Source: Tubulanus polymorphus (Eukaryota > Animalia > Nemertea). From it: 47,574 nt of DNA. Where the stretch lies: the NCBI RefSeq assembly GCF_964204645.1, contig NW_027437485.1:1-47574 (forward strand). Direction: 5' to 3'. Within the stretch, counting starts at the first letter, position 1, and each line of letters opens with the position of its first letter. The notes below the pieces were generated by a model. The model saw only the letters and a program-made list of their open reading frames with translations, ran no database searches and was not told the DNA's origin. A program made the position numbers and the translations under genes. Of this stretch, positions 33,701-42,409 are shown piece by piece.

Positions 33701-35904
33701 TTTGATATTTGTGAATACATCACATTCGAAAGTGAATTTTACACAATATTCTATTTAGATGGCATATGCTCTTTAAAGACTTTAAGACTTAAGCTTTGAT
33801 CAATTACCTTGATCTTGCGTAGTCAACCCCCTATATACAGCCCTCCCATTTACCGCCACCCCCAGCGTATATCAGGGGGTTGACTATTTGTATCCCCCAA
33901 GGGCCTATCAGAATACGAAAAGTTGGGTCAATCAGACTCACGATGTCCGTCCTGTGACCTTTCTTGTGGCCAAAATGTTTGAGTCCTGTAGCTTCCTACT
34001 GGTCTGCCATTTTTCATTGAAATTTGTGATGGGTATTCTGTGGAAAGGTATCTTCAATACATGAGACCGGTATATTTGATCAGCCAATAATCACGCAATT
34101 GGTGGCCATCATAGTGATATCAGTACTCATTCATTCGTGGAAAAGTTTTTTGAAGAAAATATCAACAGGTTTCAACTTATAATCTTGATACTTGATTATT
34201 ATTAGCACAGTCACACATGGAATTGGAATCACCCAATTCTTTGTTCTTGCCACCAGGGGAGTTAAATATTGAATAATATACAATTTTCTATGTCATTGAT
34301 TTTGGTATATGGTCACCAGGGGTGTTGAATAGTACAATAACTTAGTATTTCCACATTATATTGATACCTAAGACTAAAAAAATGATACCTTGTTTCACCG
34401 CTTTCTCTACCCACCAAATTGACCGCCGCGTTGGTGACATTAACAGCCTAGAGGCCGCAATTGTTGACCGATTGTTTTCAAACTTGGTACACAAGTAGGA
34501 TATCACTTTGGCCAGAACCCAATTTAAAATTGGCCGACATGAAAAACGCCTAGAAGGCCACAATTGGTGACCGATTGTTTTCAAACTTGGTACACAAGTA
34601 GGGTATCACTTGGCCCCGATTCCTATTTAAAATTGGGTCAATTCGATTCAAATAATGGCCACCAGGGGGCCGACATGATACTTTACGTCAATAGCCTAGA
34701 GGCCACAATTGTTGACCGATTAAAATTATGGCCATCAGGGGAAAACAGCTTATAGGCTGCAACTGTTGATAAATTATTTACACTTTGTACACATGTTCTC
34801 TAATATCATTCTTATAGAAATAATTGTGGCCATGATATTTCTAACCCATTTACCACAAACCCTGTAACTTCACGTGGCGGTGAATTTCAGGCCGGAGGCA
34901 TTTGAGGCTTTGCCTCATTCTAGTTTTAATTAATTTGAAACTCTGATTTTTTAAATTCTGCACCCGGCAGGCAGGATTTTATTTTCTTCAAAAACCTTAG
35001 ATTACCAGCGATCTCTTTGCCCAGTGTGCCCCCTGCTTTGAGTCTTTTCTTTATGGAGCGAGGATTCTGTGGATTAGTGCGTATGTCGCTGTGATGAATT
35101 TCTCCCAATTCATGTACAATACCAAAATAATAAATATCAGCTTCAAATTAAGTTTTATATTCACCCGGCAGGCCAGATTTTATTTTTGAGTTAAATCCAC
35201 ACAGTTGAATATTAGCAAAACATATTATATGGGTACCTAGGCATAGTTTGCTCACAATCAATTGCAAAAATTGTAGCTCCTGACATTTTCTATGATAGTG
35301 GCGAGTTTCATTGGTTTTTGTATATGGTCACCAGGGGCGTTGAATGTTGAAATTGTTAGATTGTTGAGCATATGAAACCACTTCGCAAGTGGGCGTGCAG
35401 TCCCTGGACCCCTAGTGTAACATGGCGGAATGAGGAAATTTAAACTGATATAAGCAAGTTTATACAAACCGATTTCAAACAAATGCGCCTAGCATTTTTG
35501 GTGTTGAGAAGATCATCAGTAGCGATGGCATGATGCACAAAACATGGTCTTTAAATATTTTCGACATAGTAATGAAAGATTCTGATGATAATATGTCTCG
35601 GGACAATGATGTATTCGCATACCTGAACATATCTTTTTTTCTATTCCATATTTAGCATTTGCCAGATGTCTTTTCTGGTATTCGCCTCTACATTCCTAAA
35701 ACTATGTCTGAATACGATAAATTACGTCGGTATGTGATAGCCTTCGATGGAACGGTAGTCGACGATTTTAACGCTTCAACCTGTACACACATCGTGATGG
35801 TAAATGGACAGATGCCGGATAATGTTGAGAATATCCCACAAGTTACTGAAAAATGGCTCTGGGATTGTATTCACAATAAGAAGATCATTCCTTTTATCAA
35901 ATGA
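3189..35904 (+). CDS. LIG3: DNA ligase III, whole gene span (20 coding exons, about 994 aa long form / 916 aa short form)
   Basis: Manually spliced exons join in frame (2985 nt total). Recognisable parts: PARP-type zinc finger (CKKC...HPSC), ligase motifs [30 protein letters not shown] and RFPR, and a C-terminal BRCT domain. Confidence 0.97.
4276..4365 (+). CDS. LIG3: LIG3 coding exon 2 (Lys/Ser/Pro-rich linker)
   Basis: ctcag| [30 protein letters not shown] |gtaagt; phase 1-1. Confidence 0.82.
5372..5988 (+). mobile_element. HINE family A copy (3' end missing)
   Basis: Starts ttttagcccacttgggac..gggctattgcgttcac and is colinear with the 10675 copy. Confidence 0.75.
6263..6567 (+). CDS. LIG3: LIG3 coding exon 3 (start of DNA-binding domain)
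   Basis: ttttctattcag| ..[38 protein letters not shown] |gttggt. Confidence 0.93.
6610..6875 (+). mobile_element. HINE family A, deleted copy
   Basis: Same 5' end plus internal blocks (aaaatcagcac, aaaattgggtcgatc). Confidence 0.65.
7169..7300 (+). CDS. LIG3: LIG3 coding exon 4
   Basis: ctcttcag| [34 protein letters not shown] |gtaggt. Confidence 0.92.
7388..7467 (+). CDS. LIG3: LIG3 coding exon 5
   Basis: ccacag| [27 protein letters not shown] |gtatga. Confidence 0.92.
8126..8203 (+). CDS. LIG3: LIG3 coding exon 6
   Basis: ttgtag| [26 protein letters not shown] |gtaagt. Confidence 0.94.
8709..8877 (+). CDS. LIG3: LIG3 coding exon 7
   Basis: tttcag| [32 protein letters not shown] |gttagt. 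Confidence 0.94.
10124..10279 (+). CDS. LIG3: LIG3 coding exon 8 (adenylation motif I; catalytic Lys codon 10190-10192)
   Basis: tcatag| [45 protein letters not shown] |gtaagt. Confidence 0.96.
11797..12401. mobile_element. Mutator/foldback-like MITE
   Basis: 9-bp TSD GTTAAATAC; repeated inverted subterminal GGTAAAAATCCCC; absent from the 39925 paralog. Confidence 0.78.
12600..12878. mobile_element. hAT-like MITE with 5-bp TSD
   Basis: Imperfect TIR CAGAGCCGTCGGAA / TTCTGACGGCCCTG; TSD GACTT; absent from the 39925 paralog. Confidence 0.75.
14320..14625 (+). mobile_element. HINE family A, degenerate fragment
   Basis: gggctattgcattcacttt..ccgtagacagaatccag..cccaaaaactggc..aatcagcacttttt. Confidence 0.65.
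14823..14954 (+). CDS. LIG3: LIG3 coding exon 9
   Basis: ttgtag| [39 protein letters not shown] |gtaagt. Confidence 0.95.
15096..15175 (+). CDS. LIG3: LIG3 coding exon 10
   Basis: ttttcag| [27 protein letters not shown] |gtaagt. Confidence 0.95.
16069..17090 (+). pseudogene. DIRS gag-like ORF1 remnant
   Basis: N-terminal Cys/His cluster [29 protein letters not shown] with in-frame TGA at 16132; basic Ser/Arg-rich C-terminus. Confidence 0.7.
17278..18510 (+). pseudogene. DIRS reverse transcriptase and RNase H (frameshifted)
   Basis: [28 protein letters not shown], frameshift near 17505, then [21 protein letters not shown]; RNase H motifs FTDAS..GWG, HINFLE, TDN. Confidence 0.93.
18574..18900 (+). 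pseudogene. DIRS DNA N6-adenine methyltransferase-like domain (frameshifted)
   Basis: [12 protein letters not shown], then [23 protein letters not shown]; the standard DIRS MT signature. Confidence 0.85.
18945..20242 (+). pseudogene. DIRS tyrosine recombinase (fragmented, internally duplicated)
   Basis: N-terminal SKRPST..YDAKW..F.DWC; catalytic [32 protein letters not shown]. Confidence 0.92.
20966..21053 (+). CDS. LIG3: LIG3 coding exon 11
   Basis: ttccag| [29 protein letters not shown] |gtaagt. Confidence 0.94.
22225..22302 (+). CDS. LIG3: LIG3 coding exon 12 (motif IV)
   Basis: atctag| [26 protein letters not shown] |gtgggt. Confidence 0.94.
22466..22589 (+). CDS. LIG3: LIG3 coding exon 13 (motif V)
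   Basis: aatag| [42 protein letters not shown]|gtaaga. Confidence 0.95.
22910..23052 (+). CDS. LIG3: LIG3 coding exon 14 (OB fold)
   Basis: atatag| [35 protein letters not shown] |gtatac. Confidence 0.94.
23253..23327 (+). CDS. LIG3: LIG3 coding exon 15
   Basis: tttcag| [25 protein letters not shown] |gtaagc. Confidence 0.93.
23690..23878 (+). repeat. HINE family A internal fragment
   Basis: ttggtttatacatgtatctacc..ttcaagatggc..aaaatcagcactt. Confidence 0.55.
24353..24499 (+). CDS. LIG3: LIG3 coding exon 16 (motif VI, RFPR)
   Basis: ttatag| [49 protein letters not shown] |gtaagt. Confidence 0.95.
24735..24831 (+). CDS. LIG3: LIG3 coding exon 17 (basic, NLS-like linker)
   Basis: tttttag| [33 protein letters not shown]|gtaagc; phase 0-1. 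Confidence 0.9.
24901..27585. mobile_element. piggyBac-like non-autonomous element (TTAA-flanked) with nested repeats
   Basis: TTAA|CACGTTCGCTGCC ... GGCAGCGAACATG|TTAA (12/13 TIR match). Confidence 0.6.
29981..30087 (+). CDS. LIG3: LIG3 coding exon 18 (Ser/Pro-rich linker)
   Basis: ttgcag| [36 protein letters not shown] |gtaagc. Phase 1-0 exactly bridges exons 17 and 19. Confidence 0.85.
30239..30276 (-). ncRNA. Second, inverted copy of the hammerhead-like motif
   Basis: Exact reverse complement of 31683-31720 within the 5' inverted pLTR. Confidence 0.55.
30318..31718 (+). CDS. Penelope-like RT plus GIY-YIG endonuclease, N-terminally truncated ORF
   Basis: [49 protein letters not shown]; [21 protein letters not shown]; LNKDGG. 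Confidence 0.9.
   Translation: MFAAEVQHLKLEEDEELRSYDVCALFTSVPVDKALEVITTRLRNDNTLKDRTPLSPEEIISLLFLCLKCTYFLFNGDYYLQVHGAAMVSPVSPIVCNLYMEEFEEFALRTALHPPRWWKRYLDDTYTVLKKQYAEEFSTHLNQVDDDIKWTSEAESVNVLPSIDDGGDSRTERSIVFLDTLSVVNSDHTIRTRVYRKDTHTDQYLNFNSNHPLEHKKGVVRTLNHRAESVVSDPVDKLEEVNHVKKALSFNDYPTWIMSRNPCKPANNTKEATQSERRKVAPVVIPYIKGTSEQLRRVMKRYGVPVFFKPMNSLRQILVRPKDKLDKSRVVSPVYHIKCEQCSDSYVGETERSLRARFGEHRRPSSVTSEVSKHLHVDQPGHTVDIDNVRILGVEPRWFERGVRTLHSSLNKDGGRFHLPAIWNNVLSHSREGGTHIADSRGKTGIPDDVSSDIISVIKPVETGES
31683..31720 (+). ncRNA. Minimal hammerhead-ribozyme-like motif in the Penelope pLTR (variant core)
   Basis: GUGAUCA-A-GCCUGU-AGAA-ACAGGC-GAAA-GC-UA: perfect 6-bp stem II, GAAA, palindromic AGCU in place of stem III. 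Stem I is only about 2 bp. Confidence 0.6.
32176..32310 (+). CDS. LIG3: LIG3 coding exon 19 (PBZ / zf-CCHH PAR-binding zinc finger)
   Basis: caacag| [45 protein letters not shown] |gtatgt; phase 0-0. Cys/His spacing is C-x5-C-x6-H-x5-H. Confidence 0.88.
33314..33772. mobile_element. Kolobok-like MITE
   Basis: TTAA|AGGGCAAATGCCATC ... GATGGCATATGCTCT|TTAA; interrupts the HINE at ttttaaagac. Confidence 0.7.
34393..34926 (+). mobile_element. HINE-type element, family B, with internal tandem repeats
   Basis: TTCACCGC / GCGGTGAA subterminal inverted repeat; 3' hairpin GAGGC..GCCTC followed by CTAGT; repeated gcctagaggcc.caattgttgaccgatt units. Confidence 0.6.
35656..35904 (+). CDS. LIG3: LIG3 coding exon 20 (BRCT domain, stop)
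   Basis: atttag| [41 protein letters not shown]; BRCT WxxxC signature. Confidence 0.93.
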   Translation, partial: HLPDVFSGIRLYIPKTMSEYDKLRRYVIAFDGTVVDDFNASTCTHIVMVNGQMPDNVENIPQVTEKWLWDCIHNKKIIPFIK

Positions 35905-36085
35905 ATTAATTTTCCACATGTACTTAAAGAGCCTACAAACAACTGTTAATTATGGACATATTAATATTGTTCTTCTTTCTATTCATTATGCTCATTAGGG
36001 GCCTAAGACAACTGCCTCCTATTTTTCAATGCCTTGTCAAGTTTGTAGTTCATTTGCCAAATCAAAGGAAATGAGAATTAATGTA

Positions 36086-36231
36086 CAGTCAACCACCGAC
36101 ATACCACCCACATAGGTGCAGAATGATTTTGGCGGTATATCGGGGGTCTTTAACTATATATTTGTATAGAGACGTACATTGAGAAAACCTGGCGGCGATA
36201 TATTGGAGGGCAGTATATCTGGGGTTGACTG
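36086..36231. mobile_element. Tc1/mariner (pogo-like) MITE in the LIG3 3' region
   Basis: TA|CAGTCAACC ... GGTTGACTG; paralog at 36803 and a remnant near 33820-33888. Confidence 0.65.
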
Positions 36232-36802
36232 CACATATTTTACTTTCCAGCAATAAATAGCTATGATAAATTAGATTTCTTGATTATTTTATTGGAATTA
36301 GTTATGGTATAATCGTACTTAAGTAGATCAGGGTACATTTTCATTGAAAAGATTAAGTTTGAGGTGTTGTCCTCATTGAAAACATGAAGTAATCAACAGC
36401 AACTAAGGCTTAAAAAAAATTTAAACCTTGTTTCTCACTTCTGCTGAGTTGACGTGGTCAGCCGCTCATCTTACTGTGTACATTGCTTTTAAAAAATCAT
36501 GACCAAGCTAGCCACGACTGACCAAACAGCTATAGAAATGAACTGATTTCTAATTTTATTGCAGTTTGCAGAAGTGACACGGCCGTTGTCGTGGAGTTAG
36601 TATAGAGATGGTGTGAATTATCAAAATAAAACAAATATTCATTCATTAATAAAAATAGGGGACAATTATCTTGATACTGCTCTTGATACTTAGTGGTATA
36701 TTGAGTTATTTTAATTTTATACTTTTGCAAGATTCAAATGTTGACATCATCTAACTGAAATGTTTGACTCTATAATTAGTCAATTAGCGATAGTTGAAAG
36801 TA

Positions 36803-36963
36803 CAGTCAACCAACCAATATACCGCCCACATCGGTGCAGAACGATTATTGCGGTATAGAGAGTATGGCAGTATATTGGGGGCGTTTTACTATGTATTTGT
36901 ATTGAGATGAACATTGAGAAAACCTGGCGGTAAAATGGGAGGGCGGTATATCGAGGTTCACTG
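36803..36963. mobile_element. Tc1/mariner (pogo-like) MITE, second copy
   Basis: TA|CAGTCAACC ... GGTTCACTG|TA; shares acattgagaaaacctggcgg with the 36086 copy. Confidence 0.7.
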
Positions 36964-38663
36964 TACTTACCTTGTGTACATGAAAATTCGTAATTGTTTC
37001 ACAGAACACTAAACAAAGTTAGACATTAAATATGGTTTTCACTAGATTATTGTAACACTTAATTCATAATTTATGCATAATCCTTAGAAGTCATCTAAAA
37101 TCTAAGGCCAAGTCCACAACAATATAGAACCTTCTCTAATAATCCCCTAGATGAGAACTTCACCAAGGGACGGGGTGATCTACTTGAATAGAATGTTGAT
37201 ATTTTGAGAGGGCCTCTTGATTAACTATTCCGCTTGGGACTATATTAACCATATTTTGTCTTGTACACTTCATGATTTCTACCATTGCTGATGATATGTA
37301 AGTGTTAGTTTGCAAGGAATGTTTTAAATGTACAGTTTGAAATTAATTTCTATGTAAATGCAAATGGCTTATGACATGCGTTCTGTACATTGATGAAAAT
37401 CTATTGCAATATATCACTGCTCACATTGTAACCTTTTCAATTTTGTCTATTTTTGGAAAGCCATATGTGGCATTGACTTTTCTTCCAGCATGTTCCTGCA
37501 TTAGACGTCGACCTAAATAAAGCCCAATAAATTGGTCGTTTTTTGAGCAACTTGGACTTTCCTGGCGGGCTATTGACAAATACATTTTCTCGAGATGGAA
37601 TTTCTCGTTGGCACTACTCAGAATAAATTGAAACCTAAATCAGCCATGTTTCATCTAACTTGCTATGCATTATTTCATTTACTACGCGCCCACACGCATA
37701 ACTTGAAATGCAACATCCTCATCATATGTTGGATATAAGACCTCGCCTTTTTATTGCAAATTTACTAAAACATGGCAGATTTCGGTTCCAATTTTTGGTA
37801 ACACCATTACGTATTGCATTCACTCTTTATCCATCGATGGAAGTTTTGAAGGTGCTTCAATCGATTATCTTGATATATCAGCTGATCAGTGCTGTTCAAA
37901 TGCAGCACTGCGAGTGGCAGTAGAACAGGCGGGTGTTGGGAATATCAGAAATCCATTCCAAATCTTCAAGAAGATAAAGAAAAATTAGTTCTTCAAGACT
38001 GATTGGGGATTGGCAACCAAGTTCAAGTTCAAAGAATGTTGCCTTATATAGGTGTGCGGTCTGCATCATTCATTGTCAAAGACAAACATCAGCCGACAAG
38101 ACAGGTTGTAGATCGCAACCACTGTCATGCTGAATGAATATTATATTGAACGCAACCTTAGTGACGAAGAGCCGGTATTACACCAATGAGGCAGAATGAC
38201 CGCAAGAAAGACACGCCTATTAGTCAGAATGAAATTTATTATGTACAATGTACTACAACAGTACTCGATATCGGTCCAGCATTGTTTTGCAAATTGGTAC
38301 GGCCAACGGCATAATTCACACAATTTTTTTTATCAAGATCACTACTGGTAGACCTACGCGAATTATAAATTTCAAAAGGCCAAATATTTTCCAATTAATT
38401 TTGCCCTACTTATTTTAGTAGATAACACATACCGTTACGAGGATAAATATTGCCAACAGTTCCTGCAGTTTCACTTATAACCAGAATGATTCTAGAAATA
38501 ATGTATCGGCCATAGAAACACAACAGAAGCAACTTTACATTTTCAATATTCCCTGCACTATATTTACAGTTGTCGACACGTTACTTAGCAACTAGTCAAC
38601 CGATCATCTGACTCATATAAAGGCCATAACCCTGCTAAAAATAACTATGGTGATGATCCTTTG

Positions 38664-39359
38664 TTAAGGTGTTTCATTGATGTTATCTTCAGATGATTCC
38701 TTTTCTCTTAACTCAACCTTTTGTTTGGTAAGTTCATGGAATATATTTCGCAAATATATCAGTCTAGCTTGAAGGGAAGCAATTCGAGGGATGAACATTA
38801 TTGCATCTTTGAACTGTGTCTGGCATCGACGTAAAGCTTGAGGAACTAACAAACCAAACCACGTAATTGGATCTTTCTGTATCTCAACCTCCTGCTTGTC
38901 ATCATTGCTATTACCATGTACTGTAAGTCCAGCGAAATCCTCAGCAATTCCATTGCTGTTCGCCTTGACTATATGGTCGAAGTTTGTGTTTTTTCTTTTT
39001 CTTAATCCAGAATCATTTTTGGTACATGTGTCACTTGCAATTGCGTCCATGACTGCGAACGGTTCATAACGTGTACATATAATTCCAAATTTATCTTCAG
39101 AAAGTGCAACAGAGACTTTAGAATCAGATTTCATTTTGGTGTTATACTGGTCAGCACGTACCCATTTATTACCCATACTGTATCGGGATTTTGACATGTA
39201 CAAAAAGCCATCTTTCATAGAGATGTGTATTTCATCTCTTGTTTCGTTCAGTTCTTCTAATGTCTCAAAATATTTACAAGCTATGTTGTCTAATGCTTCA
39301 CAAATCTCTTCTAAATTAGTGGCTCCATACACTGAAGAACTCAGATCGACTCCAGCCAT
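38664..39359 (-). CDS. CCDC115: CCDC115 / Vma22 V-ATPase assembly factor, 231 aa, single coding exon
   Basis: Motifs GFLYMSKSRYSMG..V...QY and DPITWFGLLVPQALRRCQTQF, plus coiled-coil ends. The ATG lies 3 nt after a splice acceptor (tttcacattttcag, ends 39363). Confidence 0.9.
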   Translation of the reverse strand: MAGVDLSSSVYGATNLEEICEALDNIACKYFETLEELNETRDEIHISMKDGFLYMSKSRYSMGNKWVRADQYNTKMKSDSKVSVALSEDKFGIICTRYEPFAVMDAIASDTCTKNDSGLRKRKNTNFDHIVKANSNGIAEDFAGLTVHGNSNDDKQEVEIQKDPITWFGLLVPQALRRCQTQFKDAIMFIPRIASLQARLIYLRNIFHELTKQKVELREKESSEDNINETP

Positions 39360-39924
39360 ATCCTGAAAATGTGAAATATATGTCACGTCAGTTACATTAT
39401 TAGCAGAACGATTCTTGACCCGTTTGGGTAAAAATGCAGATCCGCACCTCTTGTGAGTGATGCAATTTACTGAATTACAAATCACTGTTCAAGCTTCGGA
39501 ATCCAATGCAGTGATTTTATTTTATGATATCTTCGCTACAAAGTAGATTTTTGGCCCGTTTTTGTTTCAGAATTGTGACGACCTTCAATAGGACGCCATA
39601 TTTGATCGGGAAGTCTAAAATATTTGCTGAAACAAGGTGAGGGTAATTTATCAGTGCATAAAACTAATCACATTTTTGTCAAGTGTCATTGGGGTTATTA
39701 ATGCTAGCCAAATTGTCTGATATGTTTGTTTGGAAATATTATTTTACTTCCTCAATATGAAACATTGTTTTAGCAAATATTCTTAACAAATCTTCACTTA
39801 AAATACACCTATCTAATAGACGGGCACCGCAGGCGCCCGGAGGACGTCCCTTTGGTAAATGTGTATATGTGGATACTACGTGTCTTTTTAAGTGTCTACT
39901 TAACCAAATCTGACTTACTGACAA

Positions 39925-40845
39925 CATGGTTCCTACAGATTGGTCTTTCCAGAATTATAGGGTTTTTTAAGGGAATGTTCACCAAAATTTTAGGGGTCAA
40001 TTATCCAAGCTGAGTGCTTATCTATTGTGTCTGGTCCCATTTGGACCAAATTTAGACCGGTCTAGTTAATGTTGTCTGAACGCACCTATTTAGATTGACC
40101 TTAAAGAGCGTATCAGGTCTGTTCCAAATTTTGGGGTGGACTAAATCTATGTTTGGAGAGAAACTTGTAACTTGTGAATTTCAGGGTAAATGCTGAACTA
40201 ATATGGCGACATCTTGCGGGCCGAGTCAACAATTTGTAGCAATGCGTGTGTGAATGCCACTCAGATTTTGACTGGACCTTGTACATTTAGACCAGTCTAA
40301 CTAGTGGTAGGGTGAACATGGCTTATATGACCAGTATTTAACTAGTGCTCTCTAGAAAAATAAGCAGGAGGTGATTGATAATCTCCCTATCACCTTGACC
40401 AGCCATTAAAATTCAATAGGCCATATGTATTTGGGTGCTTGCACTTTACTTAATTACATCTACAATGACCAGCCAAAACAATGAGCTGAATTGAGCTACT
40501 AACTTTGACACAATTCAAAGGAATATAATAAATAGCCTGCTATGATGATGTTTTACATATAGCATCACATTACAAAATGTTCATAAGATTTCTTCACAGA
40601 CATGATTTCCAGAATTTTAGGGGCCTGAGGGATCAAAGCCAGAATTTTCAGGTATTTCTCCCCTAAAAAAAGGAATCCCAGAATTTTAGGGTATTTTAGG
40701 AATTTTAGGGGCTGTAGGAACCATGATATATAGCATCACAATACAAAATGATCATAAAATTTCTTTACAGACTTGATTTCCAGAATTTTAGGGTATTTCT
40801 CCCCTAAAAAAAGAATCCCAGAATTTTAGGGGCTGTAGGAACCAT
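39925..40845. mobile_element. Second copy of the CATGGTTCCTACAG element with a duplicated terminus
   Basis: Reverse-complement match to 11438-13071. The TIR ends at 40725 and the terminal segment is repeated to about 40845. Confidence 0.8.
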
Positions 40846-41313
40846 AACTAGGGGTCCAGGGACACCATGCCCACTTGGGAAGTGGTTTCAGATGCTCAAC
40901 AATCTAACAATTTCAATATTATACGCCCCATCCAAAATAGGTCACAGGACAACCATCTTGAGTCCGATCGACCCAATTTTTCTCATGCTGATGGGCCCTT
41001 GGGGGAAACAAATAAATACGAACAATCAAGGTAATTGATAAAAGCGTCTTCAAAATTTCCTTCGAAAATGTGTAAAAAGTGCTGATTTTTGGCAAACAAC
41101 AATGGCTGCCAGTCGGCCATCTTGAATCTGACAGGGCCAGTTTTTGGGCTGAAGATGTGTCTAGGGTAGATACATGTATAAACCAAATATCAAGACATTA
41201 CCTTGAAGCGTCTTCAAAAAATCCTAAAATAACTGGATTCCGTCTACGAACGAACGCACGACGGAAGTGAACGCAATAGCCCGCTGGGACTAAAGTCCCA
41301 AGTGGGCTAAAAA
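40846..41313 (-). mobile_element. HINE family A, internally deleted copy with both ends
   Basis: actaggggtccagggacaccatgcccacttgggaagtgg ... cccaagtgggctaaaaa. Confidence 0.8.
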
Positions 41314-41584
41314 CAATAGGGCCTACATTTTTCTGTGCAATTTGCCTTCTTTCCTTGTGTCATTCAGCCTGTAAGTAGTCCATAATTAATGTGCATTATA
41401 CGTTATATTTGCAGATTTTTCAAAATACATTTTTCTCTTATAAACCAGTGATACCAGTTATAAACCAATCTTATTCATGTCTTCTTCTATTAATCGACAC
41501 CAAGGACAGCAAACGGTCTATTTTTTCCATAAGATATTTTCCCAGATTGTACTCATCGCATAATTATGCAGTGTCTCAAAAGAA

Positions 41585-41745
41585 CATTTCCATGAAATCC
41601 CGTAAACGGAGTCCAGTCCCATAACCAAAACTTCAAAATATCTCATTTCCATGAAATCCCGTAAACAGAGTCCAGTCCAGCAACCAAAACTTCAAAATAT
41701 CTCATTTCCATCAAATCCCGTAAACGGAGTCCAGTCCCATAACCA
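41585..41745. repeat. Tandem repeat of 59-60 bp, about 3 units
   Basis: Unit atttccatgaaatcccgtaaacggagtccagtcccataaccaaaacttcaaaatatctc. Confidence 0.85.
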
Positions 41746-42119
41746 ACAAGAGGCCCATGGGCCTTGAAGCATTGGTAGATTATACTGTGGTATTAAGTGG
41801 TTATAATGTTTTACATCTGCCGGCAAATCTTCTATGACGATGTTGATTGGGAGGACCACAGACTTAAAGGTCTATTTGTCTAGTACGATTTTATTCCTGA
41901 AAATGAATTTATTTTCTGCCGAACAATTTAGCCAAGGCTATTTGTACTATTACACCTCATTAATGCGATTCTGTTAAAAAGAAGAAACTAGTTTATTCTG
42001 ATGTTTTCCATCATGTTCCAGCCAAGATATTTATATCAATCAAGATTTGGATACAAAAACCCATTTTTACGCATGAACTGTTAGGCCCCACTGAATAATG
42101 AAAACAAAAACAGAACGAT

Positions 42120-42409
42120 TTTTCTGAATGCAATTGCAAGACCCTCTGATCTTGAGCTCCAAGCTCTGATGCATGTACGCATTCAAAACGTCGCAGAGAG
42201 CGATGGTGTCACTGAGGCCGGCTGATGATTGTTTGTTTGGTTTCCCAAGACTATTCCGATTGGATTGTTCATTTAACCTCACGACAGTACAGCCTTTGAA
42301 GTGTTGCCCGCACACTGTTTGCAGCCAGCAGGACTCGAACCCACTTGTCCCTCAGCATTGATAGTGGATTCAACAGCATCACGCCTTATCTCACTGAGCT
42401 ACCGAGGCC
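42120..42409 (-). mobile_element. tRNA-derived SINE-like element (3' boundary uncertain)
   Basis: Minus strand GGCCTCGG-TAGCTCAGTGAG (A box) ... GGTTCGAGTCC (B box); no convincing cloverleaf. Confidence 0.55.

Larger units (their letters stand above)
33035..35416 (+). mobile_element. HINE family A, full length with nested inserts
   Basis: ttagcccactagggac ... ccacttcgcaagtgggcgtgcagtccctggacccctagt. Confidence 0.78.
32898..35490. mobile_element. MITE (Harbinger-like termini) split by the HINE insertion
   Basis: Perfect 20-bp inverted repeat AGGCGCATTTGTTTGAAATC; no clean TSD seen. Confidence 0.6.

Noticed and set aside
39360-39485. 42-aa N-terminal extension of the CCDC115 ORF
   Set aside because: It has no ATG start, runs through a splice acceptor and overlaps a MITE end, so it is probably intron.
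41585-41745. Regularly spaced repeats as a CRISPR array
   Set aside because: The units are head-to-tail with no unique spacers, the context is eukaryotic and there are no cas genes.
42320-42409. Functional tRNA gene
   Set aside because: A and B boxes are present, but the acceptor and anticodon stems do not fold convincingly; treated as a SINE head.
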